A DNA stretch of 64,000 nucleotides from Candidatus Acidiferrales bacterium (GCA_963795535.1 CAWCIG010000001.1:209420-273419); one strand, 5' to 3'; shown: positions 35,694 to 44,776, counted from the first letter of the stretch. Notes: generated by a model not told the origin, from the sequence alone. Numbers and translations are program-made.

Positions 35694-37508
35694 CTACCGC
35701 GAACTCAGTAAAGCTTCGGCGGATTTGTATGCGCACTTGCCCTGCAAGTGGTCTTCGAATTCGTTCCTGAACTTCGTCACGATGCTAATCGTCGGCATGG
35801 CCGCAGCATCTCCCAGTGGGCAGAACGTGCGGCCCAGCATGTTTTTGGAAAGCTCATTCATCAGGTCGATATCCTCGACGCGCCCGTAGCCGGCGTGAAA
35901 ACGGTCTAGCATTTTTTGCAACCACGCGGTTCCTTCACGGCAGGGAATGCACCACCCGCAAGATTCGTGCGCGTAAAAATGCATGATGCGACGGGCCATA
36001 TCCACCATGCAGGTGTCTTCGTCGATCACCACCATGCCGCCGGATCCCAACATCGATCCCGCCTTCGCGATGGTGTCGTAATCCATGGCCAGATCGATCT
36101 CGTCCGCCTTGAAGACCGGGCACGAACTGCCGCCGGGAATCACGGCCTTCAGCTTCTTTCCTCCACGGATTCCGCCGGCCACTTCATCGATAAATTTTTT
36201 CATGTTCATGCCCAGCGGAATTTCATAGATGCCGGGCTTGTTCACGTGGCCGGACACGCACAACAATCGGGTCCCGCCGTTCTTCGGAGTACCGCGATTG
36301 GCATAGGCTTCGCCGCCCTCGCCAATAATGGCAGGTACAGCGCTCAACGTTTCTACGTTATTGATGACCGTCGGGCAGCCATACAGCCCAACAACAGCAG
36401 GGAAGGGAGGCTTGATGCGCGGATTCCCGCGTTTGCCCTCGAGCGATTCCATCAGCGCGGACTCTTCACCGCATTCATAAGCACCGGCGCCCGTGTGAAT
36501 GACCATGTCAAAATCGAATCCGCTGCCGAGAATGTTTTTGCCCAGATAGCCCCGCGCATAGGCTTCGCTGATCGCACCATCCACGATATCCAGCACGTAG
36601 CGGTATTCGCCGCGAATATAGATGAACCCGTGATGCGCGTTGATGGCCCGCCCCGCAATGATGATCCCTTCGATCAGTTGGTGTGGATCCATTTCCATCA
36701 GCGGCCGGTCTTTGCACGTGCCTGGTTCCGATTCGTCCGCGTTGCAGATGACGTACCTGGCCTTCGGCGAATCCTTAGGCACAAACGACCACTTCATTCC
36801 GGTGGGAAATCCCGCTCCGCCTCGCCCCCGCAGGTTGGACTTTTTCACTTCATCGATGATCTGTTCCGGGCTCATCGTCTTCAGCGCTTTTTCCAGCGCT
36901 TGGTACGCGCCTAGCTGCAGGGCCACATCAATCTTGTGCGAATCCTTGACGCCAAACCGCTTGCTGATCAGCGGCGTCTCCAGTTTGTTGCGTTCGTGCA
37001 ACGCTCCCGTAATCACTGGCACCGGCTCGGGGTGCCGTCCCTTGTCGAATTCCTCGATAATCTTATCCAGGTTGCGCGGCGTCACGTTTTCGTAGAAGTC
37101 GTAATTCACCTGAATCGCCGGCGCACCAGTGCACGCGCCGATGCACTCCACTTCCTCCAGCGAAAACATGCCATCCTGCGTGGTCTCCTTGTTGCCGATT
37201 TCCAGGCGCTTCTTCGCGTGTTCCAGTAACTCGTTTCCGCCCCGCAGCATGCACGCAATATTGGTGCACACCTGCACGTGGTGCTTCCCTACCGGCTTGC
37301 GGTGCAGCATGGAGTAAAACTCCAGCGTCTCCTCGATCTGCACGGTGTTCAGGTCCAGCCGCCGAGCGATCTCCGCGATGATTTCGTCGCTTACCGATCC
37401 GTATTCGTCCTGCGCATACATCATCATCGGGATCAGCGCGCTGCGCTTTACCGGATAGCGGCTCTGCAACTGCTCAAACTTTGCCTCGAGTTTTGGGGAA
37501 AGTTCCAT
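35694..37508 (-). CDS. fused NADH-quinone oxidoreductase subunits E and F (cluster 2)
   Basis: Single 604-aa ORF. Residues 1-~165 are NuoE-like (VCTNIACMLRG...ECIGACTGAP, a 2Fe-2S thioredoxin-like fold). Residues ~175-604 are NuoF (LRGRGGAGFPTGMKWSF, GAGAYECGEESALMESLEG, ESCGWCIPCREG). Confidence 0.9.
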   Translation of the reverse strand: MELSPKLEAKFEQLQSRYPVKRSALIPMMMYAQDEYGSVSDEIIAEIARRLDLNTVQIEETLEFYSMLHRKPVGKHHVQVCTNIACMLRGGNELLEHAKKRLEIGNKETTQDGMFSLEEVECIGACTGAPAIQVNYDFYENVTPRNLDKIIEEFDKGRHPEPVPVITGALHERNKLETPLISKRFGVKDSHKIDVALQLGAYQALEKALKTMSPEQIIDEVKKSNLRGRGGAGFPTGMKWSFVPKDSPKARYVICNADESEPGTCKDRPLMEMDPHQLIEGIIIAGRAINAHHGFIYIRGEYRYVLDIVDGAISEAYARGYLGKNILGSGFDFDMVIHTGAGAYECGEESALMESLEGKRGNPRIKPPFPAVVGLYGCPTVINNVETLSAVPAIIGEGGEAYANRGTPKNGGTRLLCVSGHVNKPGIYEIPLGMNMKKFIDEVAGGIRGGKKLKAVIPGGSSCPVFKADEIDLAMDYDTIAKAGSMLGSGGMVVIDEDTCMVDMARRIMHFYAHESCGWCIPCREGTAWLQKMLDRFHAGYGRVEDIDLMNELSKNMLGRTFCPLGDAAAMPTISIVTKFRNEFEDHLQGKCAYKSAEALLSSR

Positions 37509-37514
37509 ACACCC

Positions 37515-38711
37515 TTACCTGTCTACCTCTCCAAGGACGATGTCGATCGTGCCGATACACGCCACCGTGTCGGCAATCAACTGGCCCTTCACCATATCCG
37601 GCAATGCCTGCAGGTTGATGAACGAAGGTCCACGGAAATGCACGCGCAGCGGTTTCGGGGAACCATCGCTGGCGATGAAGCAGCCAAGTTCTCCTCGTGG
37701 CGATTCCACGGTCGCAAACGCTTCTCCCGGCGGCGGAGAAAATCCTTCTGTGAAAATCTTGAAATGGTAGATGAGCGCTTCCATCTCCGTCTTCATCTTC
37801 TCGCGCTCCGGTGGAGTCACACCGGGAGCATCGGCCTTGATCGCTCCGTCATCCGTGATCTTGTCCATCGCCTGGCGGACAATTTTCAGGCTCTCGCGGA
37901 TTTCCGCCACGCGCACTAAATACCGCGCAAAACAATCGGATTCCGTGCGCGTCGGCACGCTGAACTCGAATTCTTCGTACGAGGAATACGGGAACGCCCT
38001 ACGGTTATCGTACGCCACGCCTGCCGCGCGAAGGCCCGGACCGGTTGTGCTCAAGCTGATCAGCTTTTCGGCGGGAAGATAGCCCACGCCCTTCAGCCGC
38101 CCTTGCCAGATGCGATTTTCCGTCAGCAGCGCTTCATACTCGTCGACCCGCGCCGGCATCATGTCCACGAACCGCTTCACCATTTCGCGCCAGCCGGCCG
38201 GAGGCTGCAGGGCAACGCCGCCGATGCGGATAAAGCTCGTCATCATGCGCTGGCCGGAGAAGCGTTCGAAAATTTTCAGGATTTCTTCGCGCTCGCGGAA
38301 GCAATAGAGCATCACGGACATCGCGCCCATGTCTAGCGCGTGCGTTCCCAGCCAAACCAGGTGCGAAGAGATGCGCTGCAGCTCCACCAGCATCACGCGG
38401 ATATATTGAGCCCGCTTCGGCACTTCCAGCCCCAGCAGCTTTTCCACGGCCAGGCAATACACTAGGTTATTTCCCAGCGGATTCAGGTAATCCATGCGGT
38501 CCGTCAGCGTGATTGCCTGCGAATACGTCTTGTCTTCGCAGCTTTTCTCGATGCCGGTGTGCAGGTAGCCCAGATCTGGAATCGCTGAGACCACGTTTTC
38601 CCCGTCCAGTTCCAGCAGCACGCGCAGCACGCCGTGCGTCGAGGGGTGTTGCGGCCCCATATTGAGGACCATCGTTTTCGCGCTGCCAGTAGGTGTTTCA
38701 ACCGTTGTCAT
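37515..38711 (-). CDS. nuoD: NADH-quinone oxidoreductase subunit D (cluster 2)
   Basis: [56 protein letters not shown]. 398 aa. Confidence 0.92.
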   Translation of the reverse strand: MTTVETPTGSAKTMVLNMGPQHPSTHGVLRVLLELDGENVVSAIPDLGYLHTGIEKSCEDKTYSQAITLTDRMDYLNPLGNNLVYCLAVEKLLGLEVPKRAQYIRVMLVELQRISSHLVWLGTHALDMGAMSVMLYCFREREEILKIFERFSGQRMMTSFIRIGGVALQPPAGWREMVKRFVDMMPARVDEYEALLTENRIWQGRLKGVGYLPAEKLISLSTTGPGLRAAGVAYDNRRAFPYSSYEEFEFSVPTRTESDCFARYLVRVAEIRESLKIVRQAMDKITDDGAIKADAPGVTPPEREKMKTEMEALIYHFKIFTEGFSPPPGEAFATVESPRGELGCFIASDGSPKPLRVHFRGPSFINLQALPDMVKGQLIADTVACIGTIDIVLGEVDR

Positions 38712-38733
38712 GGTTCACAATCCGCCTGCCGTT

Positions 38734-39213
38734 CTAACGTTTGCCTTCCACTGGAAAATCTCGCCGCAACGGGAATCCTTCAAACTCTTCCGGCAGCAAA
38801 ATCCGACGCAAGTCCGGATGCCCTTCGAAGCGAATGCCAAACAGGTCAAAGATCTCGCGTTCCAGCCAATTGGCGCCGGTCCAAAGCGGAACCAGCGACT
38901 CGATAACCGGCTGTTGCCCGCTCACGCTGGTCCGCAGTCGCACGCGTGCCAGCCTGCTCAAAGACACCAGTTGATAGTTCAGCTCGAAGCGCGGCTCAAC
39001 CGGAAACCGGTCCACGCACGTTGCGTCGCTCAGAAAATTGAAGCGAAGTTCAGGATTGTCTCGGCATTCCCGCGCCGCCGCGCGCAGCAGTCCATGCGGC
39101 ACCACGATCGTTGTTTCGTCGCGATATTCAATGACTTGCGACACCGCTTGTGCGTTCCACCCACGAAGCCGTTCGACTACAACATTAGCGTTTGCGTTGG
39201 CGAGCTGCGTCAC
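38734..39213 (-). CDS. nuoC: NADH-quinone oxidoreductase subunit C (cluster 2)
   Basis: [43 protein letters not shown]. 159 aa. Confidence 0.9.
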   Translation of the reverse strand: MTQLANANANVVVERLRGWNAQAVSQVIEYRDETTIVVPHGLLRAAARECRDNPELRFNFLSDATCVDRFPVEPRFELNYQLVSLSRLARVRLRTSVSGQQPVIESLVPLWTGANWLEREIFDLFGIRFEGHPDLRRILLPEEFEGFPLRRDFPVEGKR

Positions 39214-39246
39214 GTAACTGTGATCCTCAAGGGCCGGGACCGGCGG

Positions 39247-39645
39247 TTACTTCTGTGTCTTATGCCAGTCGAGCGCGCCCTTTTTCCAGAGATAGATATA
39301 ACCGACCAGCAGGATGGCCACATAAAACATCATTTCTACGAAGCCGAACCAGCGTGTTTCCACGTTTCGTGCCAAGTCTTTGAAAATATACGCCCAAGGA
39401 TAAAGAAAAATCGCTTCCACATCGAACAATATGAACACCATCGCCACAAGGTAGAACTTCACAGAAAACGGCTCCCGCGCATCTCCCGTCGGGGTGATTC
39501 CGCATTCATAGGGTTGCGCCTTCACTTTGCTTGGCTGGCGCCACCCGATGAACGTCGAGACCATGATCAGCGCTCCTGCCAAAAACGCGGCTATCAGCAG
39601 GTGTATTAGTAGGGGAACGTATGCATGCAAGCCAGAGGGGGTCAT
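39247..39645 (-). CDS. nuoA: NADH-quinone oxidoreductase subunit A (cluster 2)
   Basis: [42 protein letters not shown]. Trimmed from 39717 to Met25 (ATG 39643-39645). The start is uncertain. Confidence 0.85.
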   Translation of the reverse strand: MTPSGLHAYVPLLIHLLIAAFLAGALIMVSTFIGWRQPSKVKAQPYECGITPTGDAREPFSVKFYLVAMVFILFDVEAIFLYPWAYIFKDLARNVETRWFGFVEMMFYVAILLVGYIYLWKKGALDWHKTQK

Positions 39646-39765
39646 GGTCGAAGAGTTATAATAACGAGTGAGACGCCACCGGTCAAATGTTCTGAGATTT
39701 TCTTCCGGACGGGTCAACGGCAGGTCTCCGGCTCAATACCCTCTTGACCGGGAGCGAAAGCGGAC

Positions 39766-40410
39766 ATGGTCTTCGGCCACAACAGCAACCTCAAACACGG
39801 CGCGGTCACCTTCCATATACAGACGGAAGATCGTGGCGAACCTCACTCCCTGATCGACACCACCGTGTACTATCAGGGCCGCGTCCTGCATCGCAGAACC
39901 AACAATTATTTCGATTTACTGCCGATCGATGAAGACCGCGAGCAAGCCCTGAAAATGCGCGTGGAAGAGCAGCACCGCACGGTCATCGAGGAAATTCGCT
40001 CCGGATATTTGCAGCTTCCTATTCCCGCAGCAACCAGCGCCATGCATTCCGCGGAAACGCGCTCGTCGCAGCTCCAGCAACCGGTGCCGGCGATCGTCGA
40101 GCCCAAAACACTTTCGCTGGAATTGACCAACGCGAAATCCTGGCTTTCCGGCAGGCACGCGAAGCTGCTTGTCACCGTGAGGGAGCAAACCGGCGAGGCC
40201 GTCGCCGACGCTGATCTTCTGGTCCAAATTGAGGGCGGCGCGAACGACAACACCTTTCGCGCACAAACGGGCCCGCAAGGGCACGCCCTGGTTGAATTCG
40301 ATATGCCGCGCATAATCGGTTCAGATCCTGCTCTCGTGATTTACGCCGAACATCGCGCCGCAAAGGGCCATCTTCGGTTTGCACTTCGCTCCAAACCTCG
40401 GGTAGCCTGA
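39766..40410 (+). CDS. hypothetical protein
   Basis: 214-aa ORF (MVFGHNSNLKHGAVTFHIQTEDRGEPHSLIDTTVYYQGRVLHRR...) with no domain recognised. It ends 12 nt before thiS. Confidence 0.6.
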   Translation: MVFGHNSNLKHGAVTFHIQTEDRGEPHSLIDTTVYYQGRVLHRRTNNYFDLLPIDEDREQALKMRVEEQHRTVIEEIRSGYLQLPIPAATSAMHSAETRSSQLQQPVPAIVEPKTLSLELTNAKSWLSGRHAKLLVTVREQTGEAVADADLLVQIEGGANDNTFRAQTGPQGHALVEFDMPRIIGSDPALVIYAEHRAAKGHLRFALRSKPRVA

Positions 40411-40422
40411 CAGCGAGGCGCC

Positions 40423-40635
40423 ATGCCAGATTCCCTAATCATTCATGTGAATGGAGAAAGCCAGCAAACGCCAGCAGGCACCACCGTAACCGCCCTGCTC
40501 GCCCAGTTAGGCCTGAACGCCGGGCGCGTAGCCGTCGAGCACAACCTCAAAATCCTTCCCAAGTCCCAATGGGACCAAACCCAAATCGCCCCCGGCGACC
40601 GCCTGGAAATAGTCCAATTCGTAGGCGGCGGCTAA
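40423..40635 (+). CDS. thiS: sulfur carrier protein ThiS
   Basis: 70 aa, ubiquitin-like. IHVNGESQQTPAGTTVTALLAQLGL...DRLEIVQFVGGG has the C-terminal GG. Confidence 0.85.
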   Translation: MPDSLIIHVNGESQQTPAGTTVTALLAQLGLNAGRVAVEHNLKILPKSQWDQTQIAPGDRLEIVQFVGGG

Positions 40636-40679
40636 CCTCCCGGCTTATTTTTTGAAGTAGGGGCACGATACATGGCGCC

Positions 40680-40707
40680 CGCGGGCGAATCTTCGCGCCC
40701 GCGTTTT
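40680..40707 (+). terminator. rho-independent terminator after thiS
   Basis: CGCGGGCG (40680-40687) pairs with CGCCCGCG (40696-40703), followed by TTTT. Confidence 0.6.
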
Positions 40708-40827
40708 GGCTCTCGCTAAAAAAAGTAAACCGACCTGTCATCCTGAGAAGCGTTTTTTGCGACGAAGGATCTCAAAGCGAACTTCAACCGAAATTTATTG
40801 CACGTCGCCGCCGCTCGACGAGACCCC

Positions 40828-41457
40828 CTACACTCCTTCCAACAAATGCCCCATCTTGCTCTTCTTCGTCTCCAAATACTTCCGCGAAATCTTCGAAATC
40901 CTCGGCTGACAGGGCACCCGCTCCACCACCTGCACCCCCGCCGATTCCAACTGCTTCACCTTATCCGGATTGTTCGAAAGCAATCGAATCTTCCTCGCGC
41001 CCAATTTCTTGAGAATCTTCGCAGGAAACTCGTACTCCCGCGCATCCGCCGCGAACCCCAAAGACACATTCGCTTCCACCGTATCCATCCCGCCATCCTG
41101 TAATTGGTAAGCGCGCAGCTTGTTCATCAATCCGATGCCCCGACCCTCTTGCGGCAAATACAGCAAGATTCCCGCAGGCGAATTCCCGATCTTCTTTAAA
41201 GACAGTTCCAGTTGCGCCCGGCAATCGCACCGCAGCGAATGCAGCACGTCGCCCGTCAAACATTGCGAATGCACCCGCACCAGCGGGGCCGTGCTCCCTG
41301 TAAGCTTCCCACGAACAAGCGCCACCGCTTCTTCCTGCGGCCCGCCCCGAAATCCATAAATCCGGAAGCGCCCATATTTCGTCGGCAGTTCTGCCTGTGC
41401 AATCAATTGCGCCTCGCTTGGCTTCCGCGAATGTTTTCCTGGTTTTTTCTTTGCCAT
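40828..41457 (-). CDS. ribA: GTP cyclohydrolase II
   Basis: VRVHSQCLTGDVLHSLRCDCRAQLE (Zn-binding Cys triad context), QEGRGIGLMNKLRAYQLQD. 209 aa. Confidence 0.9.
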   Translation of the reverse strand: MAKKKPGKHSRKPSEAQLIAQAELPTKYGRFRIYGFRGGPQEEAVALVRGKLTGSTAPLVRVHSQCLTGDVLHSLRCDCRAQLELSLKKIGNSPAGILLYLPQEGRGIGLMNKLRAYQLQDGGMDTVEANVSLGFAADAREYEFPAKILKKLGARKIRLLSNNPDKVKQLESAGVQVVERVPCQPRISKISRKYLETKKSKMGHLLEGV

Positions 41458-41636
41458 GGTCTCTGTTCAGTATAGCAGGGAGGGGAATTACGCCCGGAGC
41501 CACCTTCGTCAAGATTCATGCAGCCTTTCGAGCAATTTCTTTACAATAGAACCTGGCGATAGATACGCCGTCATTCCGAGCGGAGTCCCCGGAGTGAGGA
41601 AGCCCTCTTCGATTTAAGCGACTCCACGAACCCTTC

Positions 41637-42962
41637 ATGGAAACGACACTTTCAATCCGCGAACTTCTCTTTACCCTGCTCCTCAAAGTTGGCGTGGCGT
41701 CCTCCATCGCTGCCCTACTCGCCCGCTGGAACACCTTCCGCCGCGTACTCTTCACCGAAGAGCGCGATCCTGACCAGAAATTAAAGTTGATGCTGTTTTT
41801 AGTTCCGGCTCTGCTCGTCGGTGTAATCCTTCGCCTCTATCGCCCCGCCTATCAGTTCGCGGACCTGTCCCTGGAAGGCGCGTTCCTCATGGGTTTGCTG
41901 GGGGGCCGCGTCGTCGGTCCCATTGGCGGCGCCATCATAACGATTCCCGCCTTGATGGCGCATGAGTGGCTTGCCATGCCCGCCGCCGCCACCGCCGGCC
42001 TGCTCGGCGGCTTGATTCGCCAACTGATCCCGGACAAGGAAGATCTCTGGAATTTCGGCCCGTTCACTTTTCTCAACATCCCCAAAGCCGTCATGCGCAT
42101 GGTCAATAACGCCGAAATGATGTGGGAAATGTTGCCGCTGCTGACCTGCGTCGGCCTGGAACTTGGCCGCGTCGCGCTGGTCATGGCCACCACGCCCCGT
42201 TGGTTGTTCGCGCTCGACCCGCAATGGAATTGGAAGCTCTGTCTAGTAGTGCTTGGCACGCTCATGTCTGTTGCCGCGCCTTTGAAGATCTGGAACAACA
42301 CCCGCATTGAAATGAATCTCGAGCGCCACCAGCAATTGCTCCTTCGCGCGCGCATGGACGCCCTTTCTAGCCAGATTAATCCGCACTTCCTCTTCAACAC
42401 GTTGAACACCGTCTCCGCGCTGATCCGCATGGATCCCGATACCGCCCGCGGCGTGGTCCTCAAACTAAGCAATATTCTTCGCCGCCTGCTTCGCAAACAC
42501 GAAACCTTCGTGCCTTTGCGCGAGGAGCTTTCCTTCATCGACGATTATCTCGACATCGAAGTCGCTCGCTTCGGAGAAGACAATCTCGACATCGTCAAGG
42601 AAATTGGCGAAGACACGCTCGAAACCTTCATCCCCAGCATGCTCCTTCAGCCCATCGTGGAAAACAGCATCAAACACGGCCTCGCGCCCAAGCTCGAAGG
42701 CGGCCGCATCTTCCTCCGCACCTCCAATCGCGATAGCCGCCTGCACATTGAAATTGAAGACAACGGCGTCGGCATCTCCGAAGAAAAATTGCCCCACGTG
42801 TACGTCGAAGGCATCGGCCTCAGCAATGTCCGCGAACGCCTCCGCGTCCTCTACGGCGCCGATTTCAACCTGGACATCACGAGCCATGAAGGCCAAGGCA
42901 CAAAAATCCGCATCGACGTCCCCCAGTTAGTCCCGGTAATCCCCGAAGTCAGCGTCTTCTAG
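41637..42962 (+). CDS. LytS/YehU-family sensor histidine kinase
   Basis: N-terminal multi-TM 5TMR-LYT-like region. LSSQINPHFLFNTLNTVSALI is a His_kinase (HisKA_3-like) box, followed by a C-terminal HATPase_c (IEIEDNGVGI...GIGLSNVRERL). Confidence 0.88.
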   Translation: METTLSIRELLFTLLLKVGVASSIAALLARWNTFRRVLFTEERDPDQKLKLMLFLVPALLVGVILRLYRPAYQFADLSLEGAFLMGLLGGRVVGPIGGAIITIPALMAHEWLAMPAAATAGLLGGLIRQLIPDKEDLWNFGPFTFLNIPKAVMRMVNNAEMMWEMLPLLTCVGLELGRVALVMATTPRWLFALDPQWNWKLCLVVLGTLMSVAAPLKIWNNTRIEMNLERHQQLLLRARMDALSSQINPHFLFNTLNTVSALIRMDPDTARGVVLKLSNILRRLLRKHETFVPLREELSFIDDYLDIEVARFGEDNLDIVKEIGEDTLETFIPSMLLQPIVENSIKHGLAPKLEGGRIFLRTSNRDSRLHIEIEDNGVGISEEKLPHVYVEGIGLSNVRERLRVLYGADFNLDITSHEGQGTKIRIDVPQLVPVIPEVSVF

Positions 42963-43103
42963 CCAAGTTTCCCTGAGCCCGGGAGGCGCGACAGAATTAA
43001 GCCCCGCGCGCCAGCGCTCGGAACACATCGAAAACCAATCCACCACCGTGGGTGCGGCGCATCTTCCTCGCGTTTGACACCGACCACCTGCCCTCCGAGC
43101 CCC

Positions 43104-43132
43104 TTGACAACCGCCTCGCGTGACTGTATATT
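43104..43132 (+). promoter_or_regulatory. sigma70-like promoter TTGACA-N17-TATATT
   Basis: TTGACA lies at 43104-43109, followed by a 17-nt spacer and TATATT at 43127-43132. The first ATG of the downstream gene is at 43147, implying a leader of only ~6-8 nt. Confidence 0.55.
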
Positions 43133-43146
43133 CTGTTAAGACTGAA

Positions 43147-44199
43147 ATGTCAGATAGAACCATAGTCATCGCAACCGACCGCCCCACCCTGACTCCACGT
43201 CTCGTCCGCCCCCTCCGCGTCATCATTCCCGGCGGCGAAGGCCACCTGGGTCGCATCTTGGTCCGCCATCTTTCCGCCCAAGGACACAAACTAACTACTC
43301 TCAGTCGAAACCCAGGCCCAAAGGCCCATCCTTGGAACACGCTCCCATGGGACGGCCAAAGCCCCGGTGCCTGGACCGCAGCCCTCGAAGGCGCCGACGT
43401 CCTCATCAATCTGTCCGGCCGCAGCGTCGATTGCCGCTACACTCCCGCCAATCGTGCCGAAATCCTGCGCTCTCGCGTCGATTCCACGATTGCTCTCGGG
43501 CGCGCCATGCAATCCCTGAAGCACCCGCCCCGCCTGTGGCTGAACGCCAGCACCGCCACAATTTATCGCCACACCTACGACCGGCCCATGGACGAGTTCA
43601 CGGGCGAACTCGGCGGCCAAGAGCCTGAAGCGCCTCCAACCTGGCGATTCAGCATCGATGTAGCCCGTCAATGGGAGCAAGCCTTCTTGGGTTCGCCCAC
43701 GCCGGAAACGCGAAAGATCGCCCTGCGTGCAGCCATGGTCATGAGTCCTGAGCCCGGCGGGATTTTCGCCGTCATCCTACGCATGGTCCGTGCCGGACTC
43801 GGCGGAGCCTGGGGAAACGGTCGCCAGTACATGTCCTGGATTCACGATGTGGACTTCGTCCGCGCCATCGAATTCCTGATCGAGCACGAAGAAATCTCGG
43901 GAGAGGTCAACCTCGCGTCTCCCAATCCGCTTCCTAACAACCAGTTTTTGGCAGAGCTCCGCGGCGCCTGGGGAATCCGGCTAGGGTTGCCTTCTCCCGC
44001 GTGGATGCTGGCCCTCGGCGCACTCGTTCTGCGCACAGAGACAGAGCTTCTGCTCAAAAGCCGGCGCGTGGTTCCGGCCATCCTTCAACATCACAGCTTT
44101 CCGTTTTGCTTTCCTGTATGGTCCGAAGCGGCTCAAGACCTTGTACGACGCTGGCGCATCAATGAAGCGGATTCACGGCAGTCCGGAGGAAAAAAGTGA
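43147..44199 (+). CDS. TIGR01777-type epimerase-family protein (SDR39U1/YfcH-like, C-terminal DUF1731)
   Basis: VIIPGGEGHLGRILVRHLSAQGHKLTTLSRNP is a Rossmann fold. The C-terminal part is RVVPAILQHHSFPFCFPVW. Trimmed from 43120 because that start lies inside the predicted promoter. Confidence 0.8.
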   Translation: MSDRTIVIATDRPTLTPRLVRPLRVIIPGGEGHLGRILVRHLSAQGHKLTTLSRNPGPKAHPWNTLPWDGQSPGAWTAALEGADVLINLSGRSVDCRYTPANRAEILRSRVDSTIALGRAMQSLKHPPRLWLNASTATIYRHTYDRPMDEFTGELGGQEPEAPPTWRFSIDVARQWEQAFLGSPTPETRKIALRAAMVMSPEPGGIFAVILRMVRAGLGGAWGNGRQYMSWIHDVDFVRAIEFLIEHEEISGEVNLASPNPLPNNQFLAELRGAWGIRLGLPSPAWMLALGALVLRTETELLLKSRRVVPAILQHHSFPFCFPVWSEAAQDLVRRWRINEADSRQSGGKK

Positions 44200-44765
44200 G
44201 CGAACAAATGAACGAATCGGCACCAAAGCTTACGCCCGTAGCGCAAAAATTTATTTTGCATTGGGGCGAGATGGGCACCAAGTGGGGCATCAACCGCACC
44301 GTCGCTCAGGTCCACGCGCTGCTCTTTCTTTCGCCCAAGCCCATTCCCGCCGACGAGATCGCGGAAACTCTCGCCGTCGCCCGTTCCAATGTCAGCACCA
44401 GTCTCCGCGAACTCCAAGGCTGGGGCATCGTGCGCGTGGTCCACATCCTCGGCGACCGCCGCGACCATTTCGAAACCTTCAAGGACGTGTGGGAAATTTT
44501 CCGCACCGTCTCCGAAGAGCGCAAGCGCCGCGAGATCGATCCTACTCTGCGTGTCCTCGGCGAATGCGTCCAGGAACTCAAGAACAGCGCGCCAGCCGAC
44601 GCCTACACGCGCGAGCGCCTCGAAAGCATGCTCGAATTCCTCGGCATCATGACCGGCCTGTTCGACGAAGTCCTGCACATGCCCGAGGGCGCCCTCAAGA
44701 GTGTTGGCAAACTCCGCGGCAAAGTCATCACCCTCCTAGGCGCCGACAAAAAGAAAGCAGGGTAG
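44196..44765 (+). CDS. GbsR/MarR-family transcriptional regulator
   Basis: FILHWGEMGTKWGINRTVAQVHALLFLSPKPIPADEIAETLAVARSNVSTSLRELQGWGIVRVVHILGDRRDHFE is the typical GbsR-type winged helix. GTGA overlap with the upstream gene. Confidence 0.85.
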   Translation: MSEQMNESAPKLTPVAQKFILHWGEMGTKWGINRTVAQVHALLFLSPKPIPADEIAETLAVARSNVSTSLRELQGWGIVRVVHILGDRRDHFETFKDVWEIFRTVSEERKRREIDPTLRVLGECVQELKNSAPADAYTRERLESMLEFLGIMTGLFDEVLHMPEGALKSVGKLRGKVITLLGADKKKAG

Positions 44766-44776
44766 GTCGTGTCTCG

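Noticed and set aside
39646-39765. TPP riboswitch upstream of the hypothetical gene/thiS (a CTGAGA box at ~39692 and a CCGG...CCGG stem).
   Set aside because: Only the CTGAGA hexamer resembles the THI element. The ACCTGATCTGGATAATGCCAGCG-like pyrimidine-sensor helix and the P1/P2 pairing are not recognisable. The region also doubles as the nuoA2 upstream/divergent promoter region.
41458-41636. FMN riboswitch upstream of ribA.
   Set aside because: No RFN-element conserved core is visible (AGGGCGGGGTGAAATTCC-type or CCGACGGT-type segments). The spacer is mostly occupied by a dispersed repeat (GTCATTCCGAGCGGAG...).
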